Counted from the stretch's first letter, positions 42,626 to 53,676 are shown. The stretch is DNA of 64,000 nucleotides from Acidimicrobiia bacterium (GCA_009841075.1 VXMP01000061.1:14366-78365), one strand, 5' to 3'. The notes: a model not told the origin generated them from the letters alone. A program made the numbers and translations.

Positions 42626-43167
42626 GCCCCGATACCCGGGTTATCGGGCTTCTGCAGCCGGGCGATCAGGTCCGAATCGGTATCAAAGGCCAAATCGGGT
42701 AGTCCATCCGGCGCGAACCAGCCGACATCGGAAGCGTCCGAACCGGCCTGGGGCTTCCCGCCGGTGATGGTCCCGGCAAACCAGACGCATACGCTCACCT
42801 TGGCGGGATCATGGAAGTTGGTGGCGACATACACGGGCGGTCCGATGGTGGCTACCAGGCCGGTCTCCTCCAGAAGTTCCCGAGCTGCGGCCGCTCTTAT
42901 CTCCTCTCCATAGTCCACATAGCCGGCCGGGATGGACCATTTGCCGGGTTGGGTAGATTCGGGACCTCGCTCTACCAGCAAAATCCGGCCGGACCCGTCT
43001 TGCAACAACACCGCCGCCGCCAACTGGGGTGCCCGGAACTCAATTCGACCACAATCGAGACATACTCCCCGCTCCCTACCATAAACCCGGGTCCGCTCCA
43101 GCTTGGTGCCACAGGCCGGGCAATACACCGCCTCACCGGGCCAAACCTGCTCATTTTTCTGCCTCAC
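42622..43167 (-). CDS. NUDIX hydrolase with N-terminal zinc ribbon
   Basis: CPACGT...CLDCG zinc ribbon. Nudix box GYVDYGEEIRAAAARELLEETGL. GTG start. Confidence 0.85.
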   Translation of the reverse strand: MRQKNEQVWPGEAVYCPACGTKLERTRVYGRERGVCLDCGRIEFRAPQLAAAVLLQDGSGRILLVERGPESTQPGKWSIPAGYVDYGEEIRAAAARELLEETGLVATIGPPVYVATNFHDPAKVSVCVWFAGTITGGKPQAGSDASDVGWFAPDGLPDLAFDTDSDLIARLQKPDNPGIGA

Positions 43168-43185
43168 TTGGCGACCATCGTACCT

Positions 43186-43287
43186 GGGAGGGTGCTAAAA
43201 AAGATGGGGATGCTTGGCCCGCAATTACATCTACCGGAGTTTCATTCCCTGCCGGCGGGCCAATTGGATATTTTTCAGCGCCCTCCT
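43186..43287. repeat. Copy of the ~100-nt hairpin repeat family in a divergent intergenic region
   Basis: GGGAGGGTGCTAAAAAAGATGGGGATGCTTGGCCCGCAATTACATCTA...GGCGGGCCAATTGGATATTTTTCAGCGCCCTCCT. Near-identical in its arms to copy 21902. Confidence 0.75.
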
Positions 43288-43328
43288 ATCCGCTTCGTTT
43301 TGGCATCTCCGCGCGCCAAAATGGGTCC

Positions 43329-44090
43329 ATGCCGACCCGGATAACCCTTACCGCTCTACTTGTCCTCCTGAGCGGCCTGCTCTGGGCCGGCCAGTTCCTG
43401 TTCGGCGGATCGCCTCGATCGGGCGGTGCCGCTTCGCTGACAGCTATCGGTTTGCTGACCCAGACCGGGGTGATCGTGGTGGCCCTGATCCTTTCCCCCG
43501 GCCTTTGGGTACGTCGAACCCTGGTGTTGGTAGGAGTGGGATGGGCCGGGATCGCTCTTACCATCCCGTTGAATCCGGCCTGGGTAGCGGCCTTGGTGTC
43601 CGGGGTGGCCGGGATCGGCCTGGCCTGGACAAAAGGAATGGACGAATGGTTCTACTCGGTCAAGCCCGACCGAGTTCCCCCCCAAGCCACCATCCTCGCC
43701 CTCGGCCTGGTATGGCTTCCTGGCCTGGTCGGAATGCTGGGGATGCCGGATTTGGGCCGGGGTGGATGGGTTCTGGGTGGTGCCGGATTGGTCTGGGGAT
43801 GGGCTTACGCCCGCACCCTCCGTGGTGCCCTATGGACCATCCGATTAGGGCTGTTACCCCTCGGGATATTGGCGGCGATCGGCCTAAACCCCTGGGCGGC
43901 GACGGGGTTGTTTGGTTATGTCGGGCTTCTTACCTATCTGTCCTGGACATCCGACGCCCGGCTTTCCGTCGAAAGACCCCCACCCCGGGTGGTAAAGGCC
44001 TTATCGGTATTACCGGAGGTCACTCCGCCCGATCTGCTACGGCAGGCCGGATACAGCCGGACGGGACGCCCGTTGAAAGACCCGGACTGA
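43329..44090 (+). CDS. Multi-pass membrane protein, function unknown
   Basis: Internal ATG of ORF 43029-44090, after the repeat. The sequence is hydrophobic throughout (LTALLVLLSGLLWAG...). Confidence 0.6.
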   Translation: MPTRITLTALLVLLSGLLWAGQFLFGGSPRSGGAASLTAIGLLTQTGVIVVALILSPGLWVRRTLVLVGVGWAGIALTIPLNPAWVAALVSGVAGIGLAWTKGMDEWFYSVKPDRVPPQATILALGLVWLPGLVGMLGMPDLGRGGWVLGGAGLVWGWAYARTLRGALWTIRLGLLPLGILAAIGLNPWAATGLFGYVGLLTYLSWTSDARLSVERPPPRVVKALSVLPEVTPPDLLRQAGYSRTGRPLKDPD

Positions 44091-44099
44091 GGGAAACTT

Positions 44100-44378
44100 T
44101 TGTTGCGCCTGCGCCTTACCTTTGTCATACCGGTCGTTCTGGCCGGGCTGATCGGCGGGTTTATCGGCCGTACCGTCGCCCAGGTCGGTTGCCATGAAGC
44201 CGCTTGTAACGCACTGACCGTCCCGTTGGTTATGTTGGCTTCCGGCCTGGTGGCCGCTACCGGAGTGGGCATTGTGGTGGTTCTGGCGGACCGATCCCTG
44301 CGGGAGTGGCACGCCGAAAACCGCCCCCCACCCTCCTCACCGAACGGGGACTCCGACGATGACCGAACCGATCGTTAA
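44100..44378 (+). CDS. Small membrane protein (92 aa)
   Basis: Two hydrophobic segments. TTG start. Weak support. Confidence 0.4.
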   Translation: MLRLRLTFVIPVVLAGLIGGFIGRTVAQVGCHEAACNALTVPLVMLASGLVAATGVGIVVVLADRSLREWHAENRPPPSSPNGDSDDDRTDR

Positions 44379-44622
44379 CCGGAAGGATCAATCCCGTCTT
44401 CTATGGGATATCGGGTTGGTAGGGACGGTAATAGGCGGGGCGGCCACCTTCCTCATGGGCCTGATAACCCTGGGTATGGGTGCGGTGACCGGGCGGGTTT
44501 CGCTGTTCCTCGGGCTGGTACTGGGCCTCACCACCTCCATAACCATGGTCTGCCTGGTTATAACCTTGATTGGAATCAAAGCCCGCCGCCCTCGAACCCA
44601 GGACCTACCCCCCTCCGATTAA
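44359..44622 (+). CDS. Small membrane protein (87 aa)
   Basis: Internal ATG (MTEPIVNRK...) followed by two TM segments. Confidence 0.45.
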   Translation: MTEPIVNRKDQSRLLWDIGLVGTVIGGAATFLMGLITLGMGAVTGRVSLFLGLVLGLTTSITMVCLVITLIGIKARRPRTQDLPPSD

Positions 44623-44646
44623 GGCTTTCGGGATGAACCTAGTGGT

Positions 44647-45906
44647 TCAGGATGTACCGGGGCCGAAGATCAGGGCCACGTTGTGCCCGCCGAACCCGAA
44701 GGAGTTGGTCATGGCGTGTTCCACCTCCACAGCCCGAGGTTGGTTGGGCACGTAGTCGAGATCGCACTCGGGATCGGGCGTGGTGTAGTTGATGGTGGGC
44801 GGCACCATTCCATGGTTGATGGCCAGGATGCAAAAGATCGACTCGATCGCCCCGGCCCCGCCCATCAGATGGCCGGTCATCGACTTGGTTGACGACACCG
44901 GCACCCGGCTCGCCACCTTCTCGCCCAGCGCCTGCTTGATGGCCTGGGTCTCGGTTACATCGTTGGCCTTGGTCGAGGTGCCGTGGGCGTTGATGTAGCT
45001 CAGCTGCTCCGGTTTCAGTCCGGCCGAATCCAGGGCCGCTTCCATAGCCCGGGCGGCACCTTCCCCGCCGGGTCGGGGCAAGGTGACGTGGTAGGCATCG
45101 GAGGTCATCCCATAGCCCATCACTTCGGCGTAGATAGTGGCACTTCGGTCTAAGGCTCGGCCACGCTCCTCCAGTATCAGGGAAACGCCCCCCTCCGACA
45201 TGACAAAGCCGTCCCGATCGGCATCAAAGGGGCGGGAAGCGCCGGACGGATCGTCGTTGCGGGTGCTGAGTGCCTTGCTGCTGTTGAAGGATCCGATCCC
45301 GAATTCGCAGATGGTGGACTCGGCCCCACCGGCCAACATCACATCCGCCGCCCCTCGCCGAATTATCTCGGCGGCATCACCGATAGCGTTGGCCGAGGCC
45401 GCGCAGGCGGTCACCACACAGGTCACCGGCCCCAGCATGTTGAATCGGATGGAAGCCACCCCGGCCGCCTCGTTGGGAATAATCATGGTGACCGCCAGGG
45501 GGCTGATCCGGGAGGCACCCCGATCCAGCATCACCCGGATGTGATTGTCGAATGACAGCATCCCGCCCAGGCCGGACCCAACTATTACACCGGCCCGTTC
45601 GGCACCGGTTTCGTCCGCTACAAAGTCGAGCTTGGCATCGTCCATGGCCTGCTGGGCGGAAGCGACAAAAAGCTGCGCCGAGCGGTCCAGTCGGCGGGCT
45701 TCCCTTTTCGGGATAAACCACTCCGGGTCCCAGCCTTTGACCTCACCGGCAAACCTGGTCTGCACTCCCGAAGGGTCGAACTGGGTGATCGGTCCGATAC
45801 CCGACCGGCCCGCCAAGGCCGCCTGCCAGGTTTCTTCGACCGTGTGGCCGAGCGGGGTAATGGCACCCATGCCGGTAACCACTACCCGCCGGGAACTCCC
45901 TCCCAT
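44647..45906 (-). CDS. fabF: 3-oxoacyl-ACP synthase II
   Basis: 419 aa. Active-site region VVTACAAS and the HGTSTK / SMTGHLMGGAG motifs. Confidence 0.95.
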   Translation of the reverse strand: MGGSSRRVVVTGMGAITPLGHTVEETWQAALAGRSGIGPITQFDPSGVQTRFAGEVKGWDPEWFIPKREARRLDRSAQLFVASAQQAMDDAKLDFVADETGAERAGVIVGSGLGGMLSFDNHIRVMLDRGASRISPLAVTMIIPNEAAGVASIRFNMLGPVTCVVTACAASANAIGDAAEIIRRGAADVMLAGGAESTICEFGIGSFNSSKALSTRNDDPSGASRPFDADRDGFVMSEGGVSLILEERGRALDRSATIYAEVMGYGMTSDAYHVTLPRPGGEGAARAMEAALDSAGLKPEQLSYINAHGTSTKANDVTETQAIKQALGEKVASRVPVSSTKSMTGHLMGGAGAIESIFCILAINHGMVPPTINYTTPDPECDLDYVPNQPRAVEVEHAMTNSFGFGGHNVALIFGPGTS

Positions 45907-45943
45907 CTCTTCTTGCTTTCCTGTTCAGAGCCTTAAGAGATTC

Positions 45944-46186
45944 TCAGGACAGCTTCTGGACCACCATATCGATCGCCTCGCCGACCGAGTGGATATTCTC
46001 CGCCTCCTCGTCCGGGATCTTGACCCCGAACTCATCTTCCAACGCCATCAGCAGCTCGACTACTCCCAGCGAGTCCACCTCTAAATCCTCTTCGAAGGTG
46101 GCCTCATCGGTGATCTTGTCGGCGTCCAACCCGAGCTCGTCCACCAGCAGGTCCCGCATCTTGGTCTGAACTTGGGAGCGATCCAT
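45944..46186 (-). CDS. acpP: Acyl carrier protein
   Basis: 80 aa with the LEVDSLGVVELLM phosphopantetheine site. Confidence 0.95.
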   Translation of the reverse strand: MDRSQVQTKMRDLLVDELGLDADKITDEATFEEDLEVDSLGVVELLMALEDEFGVKIPDEEAENIHSVGEAIDMVVQKLS

Positions 46187-46230
46187 GTTTGTTTTCTCCT
46201 TGGGTTTTTTAATTTTCCTAGGTCTCGAAA

Positions 46231-46965
46231 TCAGAGGGTTAACCCGCCGTCGACGACCAATACCTGCCCCGTTATATAGGAGGCATCGTCCGAAGCCAGG
46301 AACGCCACCGCCGCAGCAATCTCCTCGGGCCGGCCCAGCCGACCCAAACTGGTTTGAGAGCGTACCTGCTCCACCACCGTATCCGAAAGGTCGGCGACCA
46401 GCTCTGTCCGGACAAAGCCGGGAGCGATTGCGTTAACCGTGATGCTCCGAGAGCCCACTTCTTTTGAAAGGGATTTACAGAAAGCGATAATCCCCGCCTT
46501 GGATGCAGCATAATTGGTTTGGCCCGGATTTCCCGCCAAGCCTGCTACCGATGATATGGAGATTATCCGGCCCCACTTGGCCTTGAGCATGCCCCGCAAG
46601 GCCGCCTTGCTGCACAGGTAGACCGACTTCAGGTTGATGTCGAGCAGCCTATCCCAGGTTTCTTCCTCCATGCGAAGCAGCAGGCTGTCGTCGGTTGTGC
46701 CGGCGTTGTTGACCAGGATGGTGGGGCTTCCGAGGCGTGCTTCCACCTCCGAGAAAAGACGGGCGACATCTTCCGACCGGCTTACATCGGCTTGGAAAGC
46801 GGCGGCCTTACCACCCGATTTTCTGATCGCCTCCACCAGCTTTTGGGCCGGTTCCGAGCGACTCCGATAGTTAACCGCCACCGGGTAACCCCGGTCGGCC
46901 AGGGTCCGAGATATGGCACCCCCGATCCCTCGGGAACCCCCGGTCACCAGGACTACCCGACTCAT
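46231..46965 (-). CDS. fabG: 3-oxoacyl-ACP reductase
   Basis: [15 protein letters not shown] and YAASKAG SDR motifs. The start at 46965 overlaps the fabH stop (ATGA). Confidence 0.93.
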   Translation of the reverse strand: MSRVVLVTGGSRGIGGAISRTLADRGYPVAVNYRSRSEPAQKLVEAIRKSGGKAAAFQADVSRSEDVARLFSEVEARLGSPTILVNNAGTTDDSLLLRMEEETWDRLLDINLKSVYLCSKAALRGMLKAKWGRIISISSVAGLAGNPGQTNYAASKAGIIAFCKSLSKEVGSRSITVNAIAPGFVRTELVADLSDTVVEQVRSQTSLGRLGRPEEIAAAVAFLASDDASYITGQVLVVDGGLTL

Positions 46966-48038
46966 TGGATATCCAACCGTCCGAACGATTCGAAGTTGGC
47001 CGCCAGCAGGTCCCACACGGATTGGTCGGTTTCCGGTAGCTGATCATCGACCTCGGCGATCGGGGTCACCCGCGCCCCGAAACGCACCGCCGCCGCCGCC
47101 CAGGTTAAGCCCCCGCCGAAGGCGGCGAAGACCAGGTTGGCCCGGGACGGAACCCGCTCCGCCTCAATGGCTTCGGTCAGCGCAATCGGGATGGTGGCGG
47201 CACTGGTATTGCCGTAGGCATGGATGTTCAGGAAAACCTGGGAATGATCCAGCTTGAGCCGCCGCGAGGTGGCCCCAATGATTCGTTGGTTGGCCTGGTG
47301 CGGGATGAGCAGATCAATATCGTCTATACCCCATCCGGCCTGCCCGACCACCGTTTCGGAGGCGTCCGCCATGGCCGTAACCGCCAGTCGGAACACATCC
47401 GAACCCTCCATCCTGATCCGAGGGGCGGTCAGCGTAGAACCCGGCCGAACCGTGCCGTCTCCGTTCACGCAGAGCAGGTCGGCCAGGGTGCCGTCCACCC
47501 CCAATACGGAACTCAATACCCCTGCTTCCTGATCGGTAGGTTGCAGAACCACCGCACCGGCACCGTCGCCGAAGAGAATGCAGGTGGTGCGGTCCGTGTA
47601 GTCAAGAACCCAGCTGAGCCTCTCCACTCCGATCAATAGCACCGTATCCACCGCTCCGGAACGCACCAGGGCGTCAGCGGTTACATAGGAATAGACGAAT
47701 CCGGAGCAGTTGGCGTTGAGGTCCATGGCACCGGCGTTTTTTGCACCCAGTTTGGCCTGCACATAGGAAGCGGAGGCCGGGATGATCGACTCCGGGGTGC
47801 AGGTGGCGTTGACGATCAGGTCGATCTGGCCCATTTCGATTCCGGCTGCGGCTACCGCCCGGCGGGCCGCCAATTCGGCCAGATCGCTGGCGGCCACATG
47901 GGAGATGCGCCGCTCCTTTATCCCGCTTCGGGTGGTTATCCATTCGTCGCTGGTTTCGACAATCTGTTCGAGGTCGGCGTTGCTGAGAACCGTGGGGGGC
48001 AGGGCCTTACCCCAACCGGTTATCTCGGCATACCTCAT
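46962..48038 (-). CDS. fabH: 3-oxoacyl-ACP synthase III
   Basis: [23 protein letters not shown] active-site Cys region, HQAN and GNTSAA motifs. Confidence 0.93.
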   Translation of the reverse strand: MRYAEITGWGKALPPTVLSNADLEQIVETSDEWITTRSGIKERRISHVAASDLAELAARRAVAAAGIEMGQIDLIVNATCTPESIIPASASYVQAKLGAKNAGAMDLNANCSGFVYSYVTADALVRSGAVDTVLLIGVERLSWVLDYTDRTTCILFGDGAGAVVLQPTDQEAGVLSSVLGVDGTLADLLCVNGDGTVRPGSTLTAPRIRMEGSDVFRLAVTAMADASETVVGQAGWGIDDIDLLIPHQANQRIIGATSRRLKLDHSQVFLNIHAYGNTSAATIPIALTEAIEAERVPSRANLVFAAFGGGLTWAAAAVRFGARVTPIAEVDDQLPETDQSVWDLLAANFESFGRLDIQ

Positions 48039-48184
48039 GGTCTTATCTCCTCAAAAGGCCGGCGCGGATGCTTCCGGCAGTGTTTCGTATTTTCGCGGTA
48101 TCGGGGGAGACAAATCCCACCCGCAAGGCCGGACGGAGGAAACCCCGCATCCGAAACTTTAGCCATATCCAAATCCTTCCCTCC

Positions 48185-49111
48185 CTAGCCGAGTCTGGCG
48201 GCCACGGCTTCGGCCTCTGCAACGGTGGAAACAACCATCACCCGGCATCCTTTGACCGCCCGCCTGGCCAAACCGGCCGTAACGTCTCCCGGCCCCACGT
48301 GCACGAAGGTGTCCACCCCGGCGGCGGCCATACCGGACAGAGACTCGCCGAACCGTACCGGAGCGGTGATCTGCTGCTCCAGTAGAGGCTTGATTCGGCC
48401 TGATCGCAAGGGTCTGGCGGTCACATTGCCCCAGACCGGAAAGTTGCCCTCCCCAAGATCTATCCCTTCCAAGGCGCTGCCCAACCGGGCTCGGGCAGGT
48501 TGCATCAGCGGAGTATGGAAGGCACCCGCCACCCCTAATCGGACCGCCCGACGGATTCCCAGTCCCCCGGCGTTGTCGATCAGCCAGTCGATGTCGGCCC
48601 GGGCACCGGCCAGAACCACCTGGCCCGGACCGTTGAGGTTGGCCACCCATAATGCCCCGCCCTCGGCCCGCCGGCCCGCCGCCACCTGTTCGGCGGCATC
48701 TTCTGCCACCCCCAGCAGGGCGGCCATACCCGAATCCTGGTCCTTGATGGCATCGGCCATGGCCCGGGCCCGCCGATCAACCAGATCGAGACCGACCTCG
48801 AAAGAAAACACCCCGGCGGCGGCCAAGGCGGTGTACTCCCCCAGCGAATGGCCGGCCGCGGCGGCCGGAGGATGGCCCAACCGATCGGACAGAACCTCCC
48901 AAAGCTGGAAGGCCAGGGCATAGAGGGCGGGCTGGGCGAACTCGGTGGCGGTGAGTTTCTCCTCCGGCCCTTCCAGACAGGTGTCCTTCAGTGACCACCC
49001 CAGTAGCCGATCCGCTACCTCTACCAGGCGGTCGGGAGAGCGGTCGAAGAGCTCTGCACCCATACCCACCCGCTGGCTCCCCTGGCCTGGAAACAAAACC
49101 GCATAGCTCAC
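48185..49111 (-). CDS. fabD: Malonyl-CoA--ACP transacylase
   Basis: FPGQGSQ and GHSLGEY motifs. Confidence 0.93.
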   Translation of the reverse strand: MSYAVLFPGQGSQRVGMGAELFDRSPDRLVEVADRLLGWSLKDTCLEGPEEKLTATEFAQPALYALAFQLWEVLSDRLGHPPAAAAGHSLGEYTALAAAGVFSFEVGLDLVDRRARAMADAIKDQDSGMAALLGVAEDAAEQVAAGRRAEGGALWVANLNGPGQVVLAGARADIDWLIDNAGGLGIRRAVRLGVAGAFHTPLMQPARARLGSALEGIDLGEGNFPVWGNVTARPLRSGRIKPLLEQQITAPVRFGESLSGMAAAGVDTFVHVGPGDVTAGLARRAVKGCRVMVVSTVAEAEAVAARLG

Positions 49112-49140
49112 CTGCTTTAGACCACCCCTGGCGATTACCT

Positions 49141-49171
49141 GGTTACCGGTCCCCCGGGTTTACCGGTAACC
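49141..49171 (-). terminator. Hairpin between the DUF1232 gene and fabD (GGTTACCGGT / ACCGGTAACC)
   Basis: 10-bp perfect inverted repeat with an 11-nt loop. No U-tract. Confidence 0.3.
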
Positions 49172-49177
49172 GAGGTT

Positions 49178-49588
49178 CTAATCGGTGCGCATGTAACGAT
49201 TCAGTACCATCCGTAGCGGACGAGGAACCATATCCGACACGGCGTTAATCAACTCGATCGCCAGATCAAGGGTCTGGCGATGCCCGTCCCAGTGCTCCTT
49301 TACCACCGCCATACCGGTTTCTTCGATAACGTTGCGTAGGGCCAACGACAGGATCAGAATGTCGTCGGTCTTGCCCAACACCGGCACAAAATCGGGGACG
49401 ACATCAATCGGGGAAAGGGTGTAGGCCACCGCCGCCCCGAGAAATAACTTGGCTCGAACCGGCACCCGGGGATCCTTCGCCAACCGATAGGCCAGCCGGG
49501 CCAGGTTGGGGGCCAGGGTTATCCCCTCCCTTAGCAGCGTGCGGAGGCGCTCGTCTTTGATTTTCTTCTCAAAAAAGTTACTCACCAC
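49178..49588 (-). CDS. YkvA/DUF1232-family membrane protein
   Basis: AVAYTLSPIDVVPDFVPVLGKTDD is the DUF1232 core. Confidence 0.75.
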   Translation of the reverse strand: MVSNFFEKKIKDERLRTLLREGITLAPNLARLAYRLAKDPRVPVRAKLFLGAAVAYTLSPIDVVPDFVPVLGKTDDILILSLALRNVIEETGMAVVKEHWDGHRQTLDLAIELINAVSDMVPRPLRMVLNRYMRTD

Positions 49589-50525
49589 TCAAACTCTCCC
49601 AGGCGTATAGGCCGGCACCGATAACACCGGCGTCCTCTTGCAACTCGGCACAGACTATCGGGGTCTTCTCGCGGTGATCCGCACCTTCCAATGCCTCCCA
49701 AAACGACTGACGGGCGGCGTCAAGGAACAGGTCACCCACCCGGGATACGCCGCCCCCTACCACCACAATCTCGGGATCAAAGGCGGCCACCAGACCGGCC
49801 AGCCCCACACCCAGCCACCAGGCCATCTCTTCCAAAGATTCCAGTGCGTCCGGATCTCCCTCCATCGCCGCCGAAGTCAGGTGTTGCCCCCTAGGGGTTA
49901 CCCCTTGGGCCATTTTGGCCACCAAACCCCCGGGGCGGGTGGCCACCAAATCCCGGGCCATCTGATCCAGTCGTCTACCCGAGGCAAACGTTTCCCAACA
50001 TCCCCGCTGACCGCAGGTACAAAGGGGCCCGCCCACGTCCACCGGCATATGACCGACCTCGCCTGCGAACCCTCGCCCTCGATAAAGGCGGCCGTTGACC
50101 ATCCAGGCACCACCTATGCCGGTTCCCAGGGTGATCATGCAGACATGCCGATAGCGGCGGGCCGCACCCACCCGGGCCTCAGCCAGACAGGAAACGTTGG
50201 TGTCGTTGTCAACCACCGTAGGAAGCCCGAGCTCTGCCTCGAATATGGAGCGAAACCGAACCTCCTGGCCTTCGACGTTTGGGCCCCAGATCAGAACGCC
50301 GTTGTCGGTATCGACCAAACCGGCCGCGCCGATCCCGACCGCCCTGATCCGAGGGACGAGCAGCGAATGCGCCACTTCCACCGGTATCGTCTCCATTTCG
50401 GCGGCGGTGGCGGGCCGAGGCATGGTCCGGTATTCAACTATTTCTCCCTCGGAGGTGACGTGGGCGAAGGCCATTTTGGTTCCGCCTAGATCAATCCCCA
50501 GGGTCAGGTCGTTTTTACTATCCAT
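49578..50525 (-). CDS. ROK-family sugar kinase (glucokinase-like)
   Basis: GIDLGGTK N-terminus, GTGIGG, and the CTCGQRGCWE zinc motif. Confidence 0.85.
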   Translation of the reverse strand: MDSKNDLTLGIDLGGTKMAFAHVTSEGEIVEYRTMPRPATAAEMETIPVEVAHSLLVPRIRAVGIGAAGLVDTDNGVLIWGPNVEGQEVRFRSIFEAELGLPTVVDNDTNVSCLAEARVGAARRYRHVCMITLGTGIGGAWMVNGRLYRGRGFAGEVGHMPVDVGGPLCTCGQRGCWETFASGRRLDQMARDLVATRPGGLVAKMAQGVTPRGQHLTSAAMEGDPDALESLEEMAWWLGVGLAGLVAAFDPEIVVVGGGVSRVGDLFLDAARQSFWEALEGADHREKTPIVCAELQEDAGVIGAGLYAWESLSGE

Positions 50526-50618
50526 ACGCTTCTCGTCGGTTAACCCCCAGATTACCTGCCCGTTGCACCCTTTAGGGCAAGGTACAAAAAGCTGGGCGGG
50601 AGATTTTCTTTAGGATGG

Positions 50619-51065
50619 TTAGGTGTCCTCTGTATCTTCCACCCGACTACGCAACCCCCGCAGAGCCATCCCCACTATCTGTTTTTCCGCCTGATTACGA
50701 AGGAACCCGGGGACATTGAAAGAGGGGACCACCCTCAGCATGTAGACCACCTCCGTCCCCTTTTTGATCTCATGGAACTCGTAGGACCCGTCGAGCTCCC
50801 TGATGTCCTGTCCCGGCTCGGCCGTCCAACGGATGGTCCGTGGAGGGTCATAGTCATAAAGAAGGGTCACCTTGATCTGTCGGATGATGGCGTCCATGAC
50901 CAGCGTGGCACGGGCCGGCCGACCCTGATCATCCCGATCCAGAACCTCCACCTCCCTTACCCCGCCCACCCACTCGGGATAATCCTCAACATTGGCAGCC
51001 ACCTCGAAACAGCGGTCGGGCGAGGAGCGGACTTCGATAGTTTGGAGGGTCGATTCGGACAACAA
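50619..51065 (-). CDS. SRPBCC (cyclase/dehydrase) family protein
   Basis: 148 aa. YPEWV... pattern typical of START-like SRPBCC proteins. Confidence 0.7.
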   Translation of the reverse strand: MLSESTLQTIEVRSSPDRCFEVAANVEDYPEWVGGVREVEVLDRDDQGRPARATLVMDAIIRQIKVTLLYDYDPPRTIRWTAEPGQDIRELDGSYEFHEIKKGTEVVYMLRVVPSFNVPGFLRNQAEKQIVGMALRGLRSRVEDTEDT

Positions 51066-51106
51066 CTTACCTGCCCTTCCGCCACCGATAGTAGCACCGA
51101 GGAACC

Positions 51107-51874
51107 CTATTTATGTTGCACTGCCCGAGCCGTGGCCCGAAAATACCCCACGTTCCGGCATAAGGTTTTTCCCACCCGCCAAGTAGTGGCCTGCGGCTGA
51201 TGGATATCCCCGAAATAGTGGAACCGAGGCCGATGGGTAAGCAGATATTCGAGAACCGCCTGCGATGACCTTTCCGTCCGGCCGGTCACCACATCCCGAT
51301 GAAGCGGCCCCACAGAAGGTGCCACATGGGTACAAAGAATGTCCACCTCACCTAAACCGGCCAGTTTTTCGGCCATTACCTCATGGGGTTCTTCCCCCTT
51401 GGCCCGAGCCGGTGTCGGCACCCCACCCCCGGCAAACCCGACCGAGTAGCCCTCGATCTCAACCACCCGGCCATCCGCCATTACCACTACATCTACATCC
51501 GACAGGGCCTCCCCCATCTCCCCCGGCCAATCAACATTGCCGTGGATCAAGTAGGTTCTTCCCTCTCGGGACAAGGCTCGCCTAGCTCCCTGATACTGCC
51601 TTCGCACCTCGGATCGGATGCGTTCTGCCATTTCCCTCTCCCGTCCCTGCTGAACCCGCCGCCACAAAAGCCGGTTGGCCGACCAGTCTCCCCGCCTACG
51701 GTTCCGGGTGAACTCCTGGGCAAATTTCCGACCGTAAACATCGGCCGCAATTCCCTCCCCGGTGCGGTAATCGACATAGTTGATCAAATCCCCCAAGACC
51801 AACAACGGCTGTTGACTACGGCCCACCCGAGCCAACTCGGTAAAGGCCCCATGAACATCGCTGACTATCAACAT
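51107..51874 (-). CDS. Metallophosphoesterase
   Basis: SDVHG, GDLINY, HGNVD and GDIHQP motifs. Confidence 0.75.
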   Translation of the reverse strand: MLIVSDVHGAFTELARVGRSQQPLLVLGDLINYVDYRTGEGIAADVYGRKFAQEFTRNRRRGDWSANRLLWRRVQQGREREMAERIRSEVRRQYQGARRALSREGRTYLIHGNVDWPGEMGEALSDVDVVVMADGRVVEIEGYSVGFAGGGVPTPARAKGEEPHEVMAEKLAGLGEVDILCTHVAPSVGPLHRDVVTGRTERSSQAVLEYLLTHRPRFHYFGDIHQPQATTWRVGKTLCRNVGYFRATARAVQHK

Positions 51875-51967
51875 GGGGACTTCAGTCTCCGGGCACCGGG
51901 ATGATAGTTGTCCTTATCAGGATGGTCGGGGTGGAAGGATATGTCGGTTGGTCGACCATGTATCTCT

Positions 51968-53662
51968 ATGATACGACCCATGGATACAGCGATTAATCGA
52001 ATCAGCAGACGGATCACCCAGGAGCGATCCCAGGGTGGATCGCAGGCCATGCTTTATGCCACCGGGCTTTCCTCGGACGATATGGCCAAGGCCCAGGTCG
52101 GTATCGCCTCTATGTGGTACGAGGGCAACAGCTGCAATATGCATCTGAACGATCTGGCCGCCCGGACCAAGTCGGGGGTGACCGAAGCGGGTTTGGTGGG
52201 TTTGCGGTTCAACACCATCGGTGTCTCGGACGGGATGTCGATGGGAACCGACGGAATGTCTTTTTCGCTCCAATCCCGCGACCTGATCGCCGATTCCATC
52301 GAGACGGTTATGAGCGCCCAGTGGTATGACGCCAACATATCGATTCCAGGATGCGACAAGAACATGCCCGGGGCGGTGATGGCCATGGCCCGGCTCAACC
52401 GTCCGGCGCTGATGATCTACGGCGGCACCATTCAGGCCGGAACCGACCGACATGGTAACCCGATTGACATCGTTTCGGCCTTCCAGTCCTACGGCGAGTC
52501 GTTGGCCGGGCGGCTGAGCGAGGATGATCGGCTGGACGTGGTTCGCAATGCCTGCCCCGGTGCCGGTGCCTGCGGGGGTATGTATACGGCCAACACCATG
52601 GCGGTGGCCATCGAGGCGCTGGGAATGAGCCTGCCCTACAGCTCCTCCACCCCGGCGATTGATCCGGCCAAGGCAGACGAGTGTCGGGCGGCCGGAAGCG
52701 CCATCCGACGCCTGCTGGAGGAGAACATCCGGCCCACCGACATTATGACCCGAGCGGCTTTCGAGAACGCCATGGTCATCACCATGGTCCTGGGAGGCTC
52801 GACCAACGCCGTGCTCCACCTGATGGCCATCGCCCACTCGGCGGGGGTGGATCTGGAAATGGAGGACTTCCAGGCGGTCAGCGACCGTACCCCCTATCTG
52901 GGAGACCTCAAGCCCTCCGGGCAATACGTAATGTCCGACCTACACGCAGTGGGTGGAACGCCGGCCGTCCTCAAGATGCTGTTGGAAAGGGAGGCAATCG
53001 ACGGCGACTGCCTGACCGTAACCGGCCGAACCCTGGCCGAAAACCTGGCCGATTTGCCCGGTCTGGCCGAGGGACAGACGGTTATCGCCCCCTGGGATAA
53101 ACCGGTCAAGGATTCCGGCCACATCCAAATCCTCAGAGGAAACCTGGCACCGGAGGCGGCGGTGGCCAAGATAACCGGCAAGGAAGGACTGGCCTTCACC
53201 GGAACCGCTCTCCCCTATGACAGCGAGGAGGAAATGCTGTCCGCTTTGGAGAGGGGCGAGATCGGACCGGGTTCGGTGATCGTTATCCGCTACGAAGGCC
53301 CTAAGGGAGGCCCCGGGATGCCGGAGATGCTCACCCCTACCTCGGCGATCATGGGGGCGGGCCTGGGCCAGGAGGTAGCCCTGATAACCGACGGGCGCTT
53401 CTCCGGCGGATCGCACGGCTTCATCATGGGTCACGTTTGTCCTGAGGCGCAGGAAGGCGGGCCTATTGCACTGGTAGAGGCCGGGGATCGCATCGCCATA
53501 GACGCCGTAGCCCGCACCATCAGGCTGGATATCTCCGATCAGGAGCTGGCCCGGCGGAGGGAAGCCTGGTCACCCCCTCCACTCAAGGCGACCCGAGGCA
53601 CCCTCGCCAAGTACATTCGGACGGTTTCTTCGGCCAGTACCGGGTGCGTTACCGACGCCTGA
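51968..53662 (+). CDS. ilvD: Dihydroxy-acid dehydratase
   Basis: [21 protein letters not shown] and DGRFSGG motifs. Start is ATG 51968 or 51980; the ORF opens at 51908. Confidence 0.95.
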   Translation: MIRPMDTAINRISRRITQERSQGGSQAMLYATGLSSDDMAKAQVGIASMWYEGNSCNMHLNDLAARTKSGVTEAGLVGLRFNTIGVSDGMSMGTDGMSFSLQSRDLIADSIETVMSAQWYDANISIPGCDKNMPGAVMAMARLNRPALMIYGGTIQAGTDRHGNPIDIVSAFQSYGESLAGRLSEDDRLDVVRNACPGAGACGGMYTANTMAVAIEALGMSLPYSSSTPAIDPAKADECRAAGSAIRRLLEENIRPTDIMTRAAFENAMVITMVLGGSTNAVLHLMAIAHSAGVDLEMEDFQAVSDRTPYLGDLKPSGQYVMSDLHAVGGTPAVLKMLLEREAIDGDCLTVTGRTLAENLADLPGLAEGQTVIAPWDKPVKDSGHIQILRGNLAPEAAVAKITGKEGLAFTGTALPYDSEEEMLSALERGEIGPGSVIVIRYEGPKGGPGMPEMLTPTSAIMGAGLGQEVALITDGRFSGGSHGFIMGHVCPEAQEGGPIALVEAGDRIAIDAVARTIRLDISDQELARRREAWSPPPLKATRGTLAKYIRTVSSASTGCVTDA

Positions 53663-53676
53663 TACGGGTAATAAGA

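Noticed and set aside
43029-43328. The 5' 100 codons of ORF 43029-44090, and ORF 43214-44197, which span the Nudix gene start and the repeat copy.
   Set aside because: These segments are antisense to the Nudix gene and run through the repeat. The hydrophobic membrane protein begins at the ATG at 43329.
48039-48184. The 146-nt fabD-fabH spacer, considered as a possible regulatory RNA or FasR/FapR operator (weak complementarity CGGATGC...GCATCCG).
   Set aside because: Only a 7-nt long-range complementarity was found, with no palindrome or terminator. The evidence is insufficient.
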